DNA of 58,418 nucleotides, filler included, from Ionaspis alba (taxonomy: Eukaryota): NCBI GenBank assembly GCA_964255285.1. It is 6 parts of 6 records of this genome, joined end to end, with 100 filler letters (N's around TTAATTAATTAA, not from the genome) between each part and the next. Parts side by side here need not be neighbours in the genome. Positions count along the whole stretch, not along the records: positions 19,537 to 29,196 come from CAXUUL010000657.1; positions 29,297 to 38,955 come from CAXUUL010000658.1; 4 more parts are not named here. One strand, written 5' to 3'. Position numbers and translations under genes: made by a program. The notes below the pieces were generated by a model. That model was not told the origin of the DNA and did no database searches. It saw only the letters and a program-made list of their open reading frames with translations. Positions 23,251 to 35,129 of the stretch are shown here, piece by piece (position 1 is the first letter of the stretch; each line of letters starts with the position of its first letter).

Positions 23251-24645
23251 TTAGGCGGCGGCAGCATGCTGCGTCAGGTATATAGAGAATGCACCCGGAT
23301 TTCTCGTCTGCATGAAGACCGTTCCAGGACCTGTGAATTTGCAAACCAAACCTTCCCCGGATGTTATACCAGAGATGATTCCCCCACTCGCAACACGTTC
23401 CATCACATATTTGCAGTTCCAAGCGACAAGATGCCCATTATCAATAATGTACTTCTCACCCTCTTGGAGCTATGAAGCATTAGCACGCTAAAACGTGACC
23501 GAGAGAAGTGGGCTCGGGGCTTACATCTTTCCGTATAATAGCACCAAAGCTCGAGATCCACATTAGACCTGTGCCACTAATTTTGTAGACGAAGAGGCCT
23601 TCCCCAGAAAACATGGCTTTCCCTATCCCTTGACTTTTGTAGTCTTTCACAATCCCCTGCGTGGCAACGAGAAAAGCGTCTCTTCCGACACTCCATTGCT
23701 CCTTCCCAGTAAGCCTGAGGGTGGTAATGTCTCCTAAGTAGGGCGGAGCAAAGAGGAGCTCCCCTGGCCCAGTATAGCTAGATGAAGCCATCTCTCCCCC
23801 CATCAGCTTCTTCATGGAAAATTTGATGCTGCCTTTCAGGGTCACAGTCGGAGACATGGCAATCATAACACCTGCACTTTGGTCAGCGCGTCTGGGCCCC
23901 GGGGAAGCTCGTCATTCGATAAGTAATATCTCACTTACCAGGCTTTGCTGTTAGTGGACATCCCATTGCCAACTGTATGGTTAGAATGGTATTGGTATCC
24001 CTGTGGCTGATCCTATAGCTGCCCCCATTGAAAGTGCCAACATCATCCTGTGTGACTGAAGGGCCTAGGAAGTGAGCTGCTACTGGCGCTCCGCCCGGCA
24101 TATTGGGAGACTTGTTGTTATCTAGAGCTTGCCCCGGAGATAGTGTAGGTTGTGCATAGCTAGGGTGTGAGCCTATATTTCCACCAGAAGGTGGAGGAGT
24201 CGAGGCTTGCTCCGGGAACTGGAAGGAAGTTTGTGTCGGCGGAGCGGAAGCAGGGACTGGAGAATGGTACGACGTCGAGGAGGGCGGCTGGAAAGACATA
24301 CGCGAGCCATTTGGAGGTGATTGAGCTCCGGCCGGAGGGTAATTGGTCTGCGGCTGTGGCGACTGGGCTGGCGGAGGAGGATAGTACTGTTGCGAAGGCG
24401 GCTGAGCTCCAGACGACGCCTGCGGAGGTGGCGGATAGGTCTGCTGGGCTGCATGTAATTAGTGAGGGCGAACGGTATATTCTTGGGAGACTTACGCTGC
24501 TGATAGTTACGATTGTCCGGAGGAGCTGTACGTAAAGTCAGTCGCAACAGTTAAAGATGATAGTATCTGTAGGCCAAAACGAACGAGGATAATATCCCCC
24601 TGGTTGGGGAGATGAGCTCTGTCCGTAGTTAGGGGGTGCAGCCAT
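23251..24645 (-). CDS. AIM24: AIM24-domain protein with Pro/Gln-rich N-terminus, multi-exon
   Basis: [87 protein letters not shown]; three introns. Confidence 0.88.
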
Positions 24646-25460
24646 CGTCAGCGTAAGAGGAGTCTTTCTCTCCACAACGGTCGAAATGAAGAAATCAGTG
24701 GACTGCTGTATTTTGTCACGACAAGGCTGCAAGAAGTTGAGTTCTATGTATCATTTAGGATACACCGTAGGCCCAGGCTACACGGGGATAGAAGAAGGCG
24801 ATCCCTTCAATATATAGAACACGGCGTCCTCAAGGATGGGGTGCGGTGGGATGGAGGTCCAGACGACGTACTCCATCAGGCGCTTGGCCTTGCTGTAATG
24901 ATTGGCTGTTCGAGAACAGTAGAAGTAACGGTAAAGTGCTCGGCGCGTAATCTTCTTGACTGGCCAAGAAGATTATAAGGCACTATACTCGGCCGTTGCG
25001 GCGCTCCACAACATGGCGCATGTGCGATCTGGGCGTAAACACAGAACAGAATTATATCAGCTATGCAGGAGTTGACGTAGTCATTGTAGTTGAAGTTAGA
25101 CCCATCTTTTTTGATGCCCTACGAACATGAAGAGCCCTTGCCCAACGATCCTACGGCAAAATGTAACACACGCCAAAGCTCTCCAATTAACTCTAAGTCC
25201 TTGGTCGATATAATCACCATACCAGTCGGCAATGTCCATATCCTTGCCAGCTCAGATCACTGCATTGATCAAGGGAACAGACTGAGATGTACAAATCGTG
25301 TACAACACTCATATTCCTACTTCAGTTCTCTCCTGGAAAAGAGCCGAGCAAAAGAGCTTACGCCATGCAACCCAAGGTCTTGCTTCACAATCGATTGCTC
25401 CGAGGTGTCCTTGACCTCAAACCACGATCTTGAGAAACGGCCTGAACAAATCACTGCAAA

Positions 25461-26651
25461 TCATCCCTGCTGCCTCTTGCGTTTTCCAACTTGTGCGGAG
25501 AACCCTGCCTTGATGGCTGTTACGCTCCTTCTGCTGCCACAAGAGTTGCAAGTCACAAAGTAAAGACGGTTTTCGCCTTTGTTTAGCTCTGTGTCGGGTG
25601 ATCGGCAAGTTTTGCACGTCACATACTCGACTATAACGACGTCAGATCTTTCTGATAAGCCTTTCGCAAAGGAGATACTGACCTATATATCTTCGCAAAA
25701 CGTTCTCAATCTGCTTCTGCTGAAACCGACCTTTAATAACCAGACGTCGTGATCCATCAACGCTCCCGTTAGTTCCTAATTCAGCAAACAAAAACTGCAT
25801 GACATGTTCATCCGTTCGTTTCATACGCTTGCAGATCTCGGCAATATTGGCGAAAATGGTCTTCTTGTTGCCTTCCCGCAAACACTGCGGAGGTGGGATT
25901 TTGTAGCTCTTTGAACCGCTGGAAAGTAAATCCGGGTGGTGATTGTGCAGGAGGGTGAAGAACCGTGTGAGTAGAAGAGGATACCCGATGGGTTGGGTAG
26001 CGCTGTGTTGCCAGATCCCAGTTCCCTTTTCTAAGTCTCCATCTTGTCCTCCTACACCAACGGCAGTAGATTCGGATCCACCGTCGTTCTCTGCCACTCC
26101 AGCCTCTGCCAGCTTCGCGTCAAAATCGTCCGTGTCGGCTGCCTTGGTTGGCTTCTTTTTCTTCTTTTTCTTGAGCGCAGTAGGATCAAACTCGCCGTCA
26201 GCCGCCGGAGTTCCTTCCTCGCCACCCTCGACCGCCTCTCCATCTTTGGGCTTTTTGGACTTCTTTTTCTTGGCGAGTCCTTTGAACAGATCTGTGACTT
26301 CGTCTACTTCTTTGTCCGTTGATGGCGTCGCATCATGAGGAGCTGAACTTTGTGAGCATGATTGCGTTAGCACAGTAATACCGATATGTAGTTACCTGAG
26401 GTGCTTGAGGTATGCCTTTCCGCCGTCGTCTTATCGGATGTGCCATTCATTTCTGTGACATTCCCTTCGTCATCCACTATTTGGGTTCCTTCACTGAAAG
26501 CAACAGATTTTCGAGGTTTGCGCTCGGACTGTGTCTCTTCCTAAAGGAGATTTCAGAGTAAGCGAGGAAATCCATAGAAATACGTGATACTTGAGGATTA
26601 GAGTAACGGTAGTTTGGTGGGGTTCGAAGAGTTGCGTACCATGTCCGTCAT
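25461..26651 (-). CDS. SUI3: Translation initiation factor eIF2 beta subunit
   Basis: Poly-Lys boxes (KKKKSKK, KKKKKKK); [52 protein letters not shown]; spliced C2-C2 zinc ribbon [10 protein letters not shown]...[10 protein letters not shown]. Confidence 0.97.
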
Positions 26652-27006
26652 TCTCGCACCGTGTCAATAGCAGTACAAGGTTTCCTCAGAAGAACTTGTG
26701 TTAATGATCTGAGCTACGTTGGTTTATGCGAAACCGAGACGGGATTGAGGAGGAAGATGAAGCGCGGAACGATATGACTACTGGTGTAGACGATAGCACT
26801 GGAAGAATTTAAACATTCTTTGACTCACCCGCAGCAGCAAATCACATGACTCGTTTGTGCTCCGTGGACTTCACCGAATCTACCATCCTTCAACGTCCAT
26901 AACTCCAATCAGACTCAAAATGACTATTTAGCTTTTTGGCGAGCATGTTTCGTCCTGGTCATGATACATCCTCGAGTGCAGTTCGCTTTGCCACGCTCCA
27001 TCAGAA

Positions 27007-27894
27007 ATGGCGCCATACAACCTTTCGGAGATCCACCCTCTCAAAAGGTCTTCTGTAGATGGTGGATTCGACGAATTAAACTTCCCCTCTAAGAAGCGCA
27101 TTCCCTTGACTCGCCACCATTCGCTACGCTGGCGACCGCAGTCTATCGAGAATGCTTCTGAGGTGTGCCAAAATCAGGAAGCCGTTCAGTCTATCTTGTC
27201 AAGGTCTATCGCACTCGCTCTGGATGTTGTCGGCTTCAGGCATGCAGAACCAACGGCGTTGGAGAGCTTCAGAGCTCACGTAGAAGCCTGTAAGCCTGGT
27301 CTGAGATTTTGCGGTTAGTTGTCTAATTACTGACTGGTTCGTAGACATGGTCCACTTTCTTGCGAGCGTTAAACAGTCGATGCTCTCGTCAAGGCGGACC
27401 CAGCCAATATCACAAGATTTTCTCTACGCCTTGAACACCCATCGATTGACACTCACGTCTCTTCTTACTCATCTCGATCCGCCGGTCATTCCGTCGAGGT
27501 CACAACTCGATCTCGCTGTCGAATCCCCGGAAATTGCCGATCCACCAAGGCAATCAAAATTGATCGGGCATATGCTGAACGGTGGTGACGATGAGGCTGT
27601 ACGTCCTTACCTCCAAACGGGCTTCCCACCTCTTCCTAGCAGGCATACCTACAAAGCGCAACCGGTATTTGCGAACCGGGAACAAGATCCTAGGAAAATT
27701 AGAGAGTGTGCCACGGAAGAAGGCCGATTGGGCGAAGAGGCTCTTCGTCGGCTTGTCAAGCAAGGCACGGAAGGAGGAAATGTACCGGATGCTATCCATA
27801 AGCCCAGGAGGTTGCAAGAAACAGCGCGGAACATATGGGCAGAGGCAATGCATGCTGTCTCAGGCAAAGGGAAAGGGAAACTCGGGTCACCTGT
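27007..27894 (+). CDS. TAF8: TFIID subunit 8 (bromodomain-associated histone fold plus TAF8 C-terminal motif); 3' end in gap
   Basis: RSIALAL..VGF.HAEPTALESFR, SRRTQPI.QDF, FPPLPSRHTYK, DPRKIRE.ATEEGRLGEEALRRL; intron at about 27290-27344; head-to-head with SUI3. Confidence 0.88.
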
Positions 27895-27994
27895 NNNNNN
27901 NNNNNNNNNNNNNNNNNNNNNNNNNNNNNNNNNNNNNNNNNNNNNNNNNNNNNNNNNNNNNNNNNNNNNNNNNNNNNNNNNNNNNNNNNNNNNN
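27895..27994. other. 100-N scaffold gap
   Basis: Run of 100 N truncating TAF8. Confidence 0.95.
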
Positions 27995-28268
27995 ATAGAT
28001 CTTATTGTGACGAGCCTGATTGATGTTGTACTGCCTTTCTCACCATTCTTACTGTCAATTTAAATTGTAACAGCAGCGCTGACTGCGGTCGACCTCCCAA
28101 TAATACTAGATTGCTATTCATTTCGTAATCCTGCTACCAAGCAAAAATTCTATGGCCTTGTGACTCCTTTGGATGATCGTCATATCAATATTGTGCCTCA
28201 ACTGTGAAGCGAAGGCAGTCTTGATCATGCTGTTTCTTGATTAAGATGCAATGAACGAAGACTTAGCA

Positions 28269-29196
28269 ATGGCAGATACATTTGGAGCAAGATTATTGCT
28301 TGAAAGCAAGGAGGAGAGTTTGTCGGAGGTACAAGAGTACTACACAATTGACAGACTTGACTGAACCCCACTAGGTCCTACGATCCCTACGAAGGCTCAA
28401 CGGGGTATCACCGACGACCGGACTGCCAAGCATTGATAGAGACCTCGATACTCTTGCCCATCCACTTCTACCAGGCAATGGACTACTTGGGTCAGCTCAT
28501 GCCCAGGATCAGCATGCCGAAAAAGAATTAAATGCCACGCCTATAGTCGAAATTGCTGGAGCTTCACCTTGCTCGGGCAAAACGCAGCTATTGTACTTTC
28601 TAGCTGTGCTTTCCTTGTACTCTGGAGAGGTTGGTGGCAGCGGGGCTGTTGTTTGGGTCGACACAGATGGCACATTCGACGTGCTACGACTTCACGCAAT
28701 TCTTGTCAACCACGTCAACATGAACCCACGGTTGGCATCATTAGAGACAAATCCCCAGGACGAGGCATTCTTCAGCCTACAGCATCTTCATGTCTATCGA
28801 CCGCAGTCTTCAGCTTCTTTGTTATCGACACTGCAAAATCTCTCGCCCGGTCTATTGATAGGAAGCTCAGGTAGTCGCCCGCTCAAGATGGTGATATTGA
28901 ACAGCTTGAGTGCATTCCTGTGGCAGGATCGCCAAGACTCCGACTCGACAGAGGACAGTCCTTACTTGCAACGATACCGAGACATTGTCGGTGCTTTGAA
29001 GATCCTTCAGGCAACTTTTGATTGTATCATCGTGGCTGGTAATTGGGTGCTCTCTCCGGTGCATCGGTCTCGAGATGGTCTATCGGCAAGGCCCCATATG
29101 CCGGCTGTGTGGAACAACTTCTGTACTTTGAAGTTGTTGGTCACTCGAAAACGTGCTAATAAGTTTGAACTCGGAATGAGCGTGGAGGAAGCATTG
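28269..29196 (+). CDS. XRCC2: Rad51 paralog, XRCC2/Rlp1-like (3' truncated)
   Basis: MADTFGARLL start, one intron; VEIAGASPCSGKTQLLY (Walker A), VVWVDTDGTFDVLRL, LQHLHVYRPQSS, MVILNSLSAFLWQDR (XRCC2-type LDSLSAFYW.DR motif). Confidence 0.8.
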
Positions 29197-29296
29197 NNNN
29201 NNNNNNNNNNNNNNNNNNNNNNNNNNNNNNNNNNNNNNNNTTAATTAATTAANNNNNNNNNNNNNNNNNNNNNNNNNNNNNNNNNNNNNNNNNNNN
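29197..29296. other. Artificial contig linker
   Basis: N44-TTAATTAATTAA-N44. Confidence 0.98.
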
Positions 29297-29370
29297 GCGA
29301 GCCGTATCCGCTTTTAGAAAGGGAGCAGAATGGGGCAGTGGGTGGGGTTAGGAAGATACTAGAAGGTGGG

Positions 29371-29379
29371 ATGAGTCAT
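29371..29379. promoter_or_regulatory. Candidate Gcn4/CpcA (AP-1-type) site
   Basis: Perfect ATGAGTCAT about 240 bp upstream of the Maf ATG; single copy, could be chance. Confidence 0.3.
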
Positions 29380-29618
29380 AGGCAGTTGGACTTTTTGGAG
29401 AGGATTTGGAGTGACAGAAGGGATGATGATGATGGAGAAGGCGTGGTAGTAAGGGACTTGCGGCCGGATTGCGATCCTAGGACCGGGAGACCATGGGCGG
29501 ATTAGAAATTAGGGTTCGATGTTATTCTAGTGATGCCAAGGCATTTAAGCGAGCTCTATGTATCAACCTCGGTCGTCCGAAGTCCTTCTGTAAGCCACAA
29601 CCGTCCGGAATATACAAT

Positions 29619-30496
29619 ATGTCGGACATAAAATACTCTCCTGCACCAACAGAACCTCCACCATCCTATGACGCTGTAGCTGAACCGAAAAGTAATGGCA
29701 CGGTGGCGAAGCCACCACCAGTGAGGTTGCCTCTGCCTCTCGACCTGCCCGCTCTCAATGCCATCCGAAATCGACGGGTCATCCTTGCATCCGCTTCCCC
29801 AAGGCGGAAGCAACTGCTCGCTCAAGTAAGCTACATAGAACTCCGCACCTGTTGCTCTCCCATAATTGAGCCTAACAAATATCTTCGCAGATAGGTCTTA
29901 CCAAAATCGAAGTCATACCCTCCACCGTTCCCGAGAACCTCCCCAAATCCCTTTCCCCACTCGAATATGTTCTGCAAACAGCAACGCAGAAGGCTCTGAC
30001 AGTTTACTCAGCCGAGGTCGACAATGCGGAAAAGGGGGAGCCGGCACTGGTGATTGCCGCTGACACGGTGGTAGTGTCGAAAATGGGCCAGATCATGGAG
30101 AAGCCGAGGTCCGAAGCCGATCATATCTCTATGCTGAAAAACCTGCGGGATGGTGGCATACACAAGGTGTTCACTGCTGTGGCTGCTATGGCGCCGTTGG
30201 AAAGTGCCCGGGATCCGGGATACGCTTTGGAAACTACGGTTGAAGAGACTACGGTACGGTTCGACAAAGCCGTGACGGATGAATTGATACTGTCGTATGT
30301 GAAGACGAGAGAAGGGGCGGACAAGGCTGGAGGGTATGGGATACAAGGCATCGGCGCAATATTGGTCGAACGAATCGAGGGGAGCTATGACAACGTTGTT
30401 GGGTTGCCATTGAGGGCAACTTTGGTGCTGATAGAGAAGGTTCTGAACCAGGAGGATGATATAGAAGAGGAGATGTCTACGGCTTTTGAAGATTGA
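29619..30496 (+). CDS. Maf-like nucleoside triphosphate pyrophosphatase (YhdE/ASMTL type)
   Basis: VILASASPRRKQLL, VIAADTVV, IMEKP, EGADKAGGYGIQG, IEGSYDNVVGLP; intron 29826-29890. Confidence 0.93.
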
Positions 30497-31449
30497 TAAT
30501 GGTTATAGAACTAACGAGACATATGAGTTCATCACACAATGATATCCCTAACACCATGGAAAGGTTGAGGTTCAAAACTTCCTCAGGCGTTCTGGGTTTT
30601 GAAGATATACAAGGCAAAAATGCAAAACATACAACAGCTGGTATTCGCTGGTGGTCACCCACCCAACTACTAATCAGCCGATTTCAAGCTTATGTATGGC
30701 AGAGCGGACGGGATGCCCAGTTTTCTTGAATCTGTGGTCGTATGTATCAGAATTGGTTGCATTGCTGATTATATATTACTAAAATTTGCTCCAAGGAACT
30801 TTTTGTAATCGTGATACATGATAGATAGAGGGCCTCCGCCTCAATAAGTTCTTAGATGCCGGACGAAGCGCAAGGCACAGCCAAGTCACGAATTGGCAAA
30901 AAGATAAGAGACACACAATCCATGTAATGTAACTAGTATGAGCACTAGGATTTGAACGTATCTTCCATTCGATCCTGGAGCATCCTCCTCAATTCTGTAC
31001 AGTCGATGCGAAGGGCTTTACATAATATATCGTAGACAAACGGACACGTATGCAGGAACATAAATCCCGTATACCTCAAACCGCAGCACTGGCATATCTG
31101 CGTAGTTCATGAATCTCGTCTTATGCTGGTACCATCCACCTCATTACTTCTCAGACACCTGGGAGGTATCCAGAAAGCAGCCAAGCGATCAGATAGCAGG
31201 TGACCAGGAATACATGAAGTATATACTGGTACCTGTCAGGGTCAATGTTCAATACCATATGACGCTGGCGCCGTCTCCAGCACGTAATTTCACATCACGG
31301 GGAGGCCTGCCAACCTCTTTCAACGATAGCATTGTCATTAATCGAGAACCGATGCCAGAGTAAAACCATACACTCCAGCATGAAACAGTGGGTATCTTCC
31401 CTCATCAAACGCCCCTAACGCCCTCCTCCCTACCACATTACCCAATTCC

Positions 31450-31812
31450 TCAAACCATCTTATCCTCCTCCTTGACCACACCCCCCAAAGCCTCAATCTG
31501 CATCACCAAATCCTTCCGCCGCTGTATCTGCTCCTGCAAAAACTTCACAGTCATCTCCAACATCGCGCCCTCGCTCTTCGCCCGCCCGGACATGCCCGGG
31601 ATGATCTCCGCCAGCCGTTCCATCTGCTCCCGGATGGCATCGCGTCGTTTGTGTTCCGATCGGATGTGATTCTGCCGCTTCTGGTCTTCGGTCAGCCGCG
31701 GTCGGTCGGGCTCCTCGACGGAGGAGATGGAGGTTGTTGGGGAGTGCCCGGCGGCGCTGGTGGGTGGTGATTGGGAGACTGTGGGGCGTCGGTTTAGTTT
31801 GGCTGGTGCCAT
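31450..31812 (-). CDS. Small bHLH transcription factor (Ino4/Mlx-like)
   Basis: PRLTEDQKRQNHIRSEHKRRDAIR...LAEIIPGM...KSEGAMLEMTVKFL with H-E-R basic residues and a zipper-like tail. Confidence 0.88.
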   Translation of the reverse strand: MAPAKLNRRPTVSQSPPTSAAGHSPTTSISSVEEPDRPRLTEDQKRQNHIRSEHKRRDAIREQMERLAEIIPGMSGRAKSEGAMLEMTVKFLQEQIQRRKDLVMQIEALGGVVKEEDKMV

Positions 31813-32150
31813 GATACCGGCGGTGTTATGGAATATCGTTTGTGTAATTGTGCTATCACGACCCTCAGCTATTCAGAACTACATATTTCATCGCAGGGCG
31901 GTTCTCACGCTTTCGTGGTAGTCGTGTAAGGTGGAGGTGGATGCTGTTGCGGAAGGTTGCTTCAGGGGCTGTGGGGTCATGCCCTGCTGATCTACCTGCA
32001 AGACACCGCTAGCGTGGAAAGTTAAGGTTCGTGCCAAACGGCAGAATTGTTAAGCGAGGGGCATCTTCGGAGCAAATGATGACATTCTTAGAAGATATTT
32101 TGATATACTGTTCCTATCACATAGACATACGAGGGTCCGTTCTTACCGTC

Positions 32151-35129
32151 ATGGCGGCTCGTTTTCTTATTTCTATCGATCTTGAGAGCATTGGAACATC
32201 CTCGCAAGGGAAGGGTGTGGAGTGGAAAACCATCTCATATCTTGGCCATGTTTATGCCACTGTGACTCCTTCATCCATTGAAAAAGCGACCTCCCTGCTA
32301 GACACGCATTTTCACGAATGTAAATTCTATTTTGATGTCACTGCCTTGAAAAATATCCAAGACATCTTAAAACTACTGGACGGCGGTGCCGTCCAGGTAT
32401 TCGTTCAGCCGAGCCAATTCAAGTCAATAGTCGAGGGAAATCTCTTAGAAGATCTAGGACGTTTGGTTGTCTTGTTTGACAATGCGTCCGGTGTAAGAAA
32501 CGCCACGGATGAGGCTTCGAGGCTCAAGCAAGAGGTTGAAGCAGTACTTGGCGAGGCCAAGTCCGGCCTCAGCTTCAGCAGGGGAATTGAGTCGAAAGTG
32601 CTTGATAGCCTGAGCTCGGATCCTGAGATCAAGAAATTTGCACCGCGATATGTCTTGCTCGATCAAAATTTCCAAGAAGACTATGCTCGAAGTATTGGGC
32701 TTGGATTCATCCCTGTTGTTCCTGCATCCGCCCTTACGTTTGAGCCAGAAATACGTCGGAATCAGATTCCGGTGGAGGAGTTGATTACTGCAGCTCTCTC
32801 TACTGATCGATCGGATGGCCTCTACACTACCGTCGTTCAGAATGACCGTGGAGACTGCTTGGGCCTGGTTTACAGCAATAATGCAAGTATTGAGGCATCT
32901 CTCCAGAGAGGTGTAGGTGTCTACAAGAGTCGAAAGCGAGAGGGTCTGTGGGTCAAAGGAGAGACCAGCGGTGATACCCAGGAGCTGGTGAGAATTGGGT
33001 GGGATTGTGATGGGGACGCGCTCCTTTTCACTGTTAGGCAGAAAGGCGATGGTATGCAGGTAGATGCTTCTTGATTTGTGGTCTTTCTCGCTCAAATAGA
33101 ACAGGTTTCTGCCATCTCAAAACATCTTCGTGTTTTGGTCCCTATTCCGGATTGTCGAGGCTCGAGGAGACCTTGCAAGCTCGGAAGATATCTGCACCGC
33201 CTGGATCGTATACGGCCAGATTGTTCAATGACTCAAAGCTCCTTCAAGCAAAGATCATGGAGGAAGCTGATGAGCTTTGCGAAGCAGAGACTAAGGACCA
33301 CATCGCTGCAGAGGCTGCAGATCTTTTATACTTCGCAATGACGAAATGCGTGGCTGCAGGAGTCAGTCTTGCTGATGTCGAAAGTAATCTGGATCGGAAG
33401 AGTATGAAGACTACGAGACGAAAAGGAGATTCAAAACCTCAATGGGCAGAGAAGGTCGGTACACAGAGCGCAGCAAACGGATCGAAAGAGACGAACGGTA
33501 GCAAGTCCGAAATAGTCAAAGAAGCTGCTTCTGTGCCCAAGGCCGACAGAGACAACTCGGGGATCCGGAACGGTCACATCCAGATGAAGCGGTACAAGAC
33601 GTCNNNNNNNNNNNNNNNNNNNNNNNNNNNNNNNNNNNNNNNNNNNNNNNNNNNNNNNNNNNNNNNNNNNNNNNNNNNNNNNNNNNNNNNNNNNNNNNNN
33701 NNNGAGACAACTCGGGGATCCGGAACGGTCACATCCAGATGAAGCGGTACAAGACGTCCGAAACAGACGCTGCCACCTTGAAGAGTGCACTTCAGCGTCC
33801 TTCTCAAAGATCAACAGAGGCAATCATGAACATTGTCAAGCCTATCGTTGAAAGAGTCCGGTCCGGAGGTGATGCCGCTGTCCTTGAGTACACTCACAAG
33901 TTCGAGAAAGCCACGTCTCTCAAATCTCCTGTCCTGCGTGCTCCATTTCCTCAAGATCTGATGCATCTCCCTCCAGAGACGATCCAGGCCATCGACATAA
34001 GCTACGAAAACATCAAGCGATTCCACGCTGCTCAGAAAGAGACAAAGCCTCTATCGGTCGAGACCATGCCAGGCGTGGTCTGCTCTCGTTTTTCCAAGCC
34101 CATCGAACGAGTCGGTCTTTACGTTCCAGGCGGGACTGCAGTGCTCCCTTCAACAGCTCTCATGCTCGGCGTTCCAGCAATGGTCGCCGGTTGCAAGAAA
34201 ATCGTCATGGCATCTCCACCTCGAAGTGATGGCACGATAACGCCCGAGATTGTCTATATCGCTCACAAAATCGGAGCGGAAAGTATAGTTTTAGCCGGCG
34301 GTGCACAAGCTGTAGCAGCTATGGCTTATGGGACCGAGAGTATCACGAAGGTGGACAAGATTCTAGGCCCTGGGAATCAATTCGTTACGGCAGGCAAGAT
34401 GCTGGTATCTAACGATACGAATGCGGGCGTCAGTATCGATATGCCCGCTGGTCCTAGTGAGGTCCTCGTGATTGCGGACAAATCTGCGGAACCTGCGTTT
34501 GTGGCTTCGGATCTGTTGAGTCAGGCTGAGCATGGGACGGATTCTCAGGTCGTACTGATTGCGGTTGATCTGAACGAGGAGCAGCTGAAGGCTATTGAGG
34601 ACGAATTGGATGCTCAAGCTAATGCTTTGCCAAGAGTGGATATTGTCAGAGGTGCTATTGAGCACTCTGTGACCCTAGTGGTTCGAGACATCAAGGAGGC
34701 GATGGAGCTGAGCAACGACTACGCTCCTGAGCATCTGATCTTACAGCTCGAGAACGCTGAGGAAGTGGTCAGCATGGTGGAGAATGCAGGCAGTATCTTC
34801 GTGGGGGCCTGGACGCCAGAGAGTGTGGGAGACTACTCCGCTGGTGTCAACCACTCATTACGTGAGTTTTCCACTCTTGCCTTGCAGTGTAGTATCTGGG
34901 GTAGCACTGATTACGTCTCGCAGCCACATATGGGTATGCCAAGCAGTACTCTGGCGTCAACTTGTCATCCTTTACTAAGCATATCACGAGCTCGAACCTT
35001 ACCAAGGAGGGGCTTAGGAACGTTGGTGGAGCCGTGATGCAATTGGCCAAGGTCGAGCAGCTGGAAGCTCATCGTAGAGCGGTGAGTATCCGGCTGGAGC
35101 ATATGAAGTCGATGAAGGAATTGGTTTAA
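32151..35129 (+). CDS. HIS4: Trifunctional histidine biosynthesis protein (PR-AMP cyclohydrolase / PR-ATP pyrophosphatase / histidinol dehydrogenase)
   Basis: LWVKGETSG, DCDGDAL, GFCHL; GSYTARLF, KIMEEADEL, EAADLLYF; VGLYVPGG, GPGNQFV, DMPAGPSE, SQAEHG, APEHL, GDYSAGVNH, EQLEAH; two introns; frame break at the gap is explained by a 55-bp duplication. Confidence 0.97.
33604..33703. other. 100-N gap inside HIS4 with 55-bp duplicated flank (false gap)
   Basis: 33549-33603 is identical to 33704-33758; collapsing it restores one reading frame. Confidence 0.93.

Noticed and set aside
33549..33758. Apparent tandem duplication or split of HIS4
   Set aside because: An exact 55-bp overlap across a 100-N gap is an assembler artefact; collapsing it gives one intact gene
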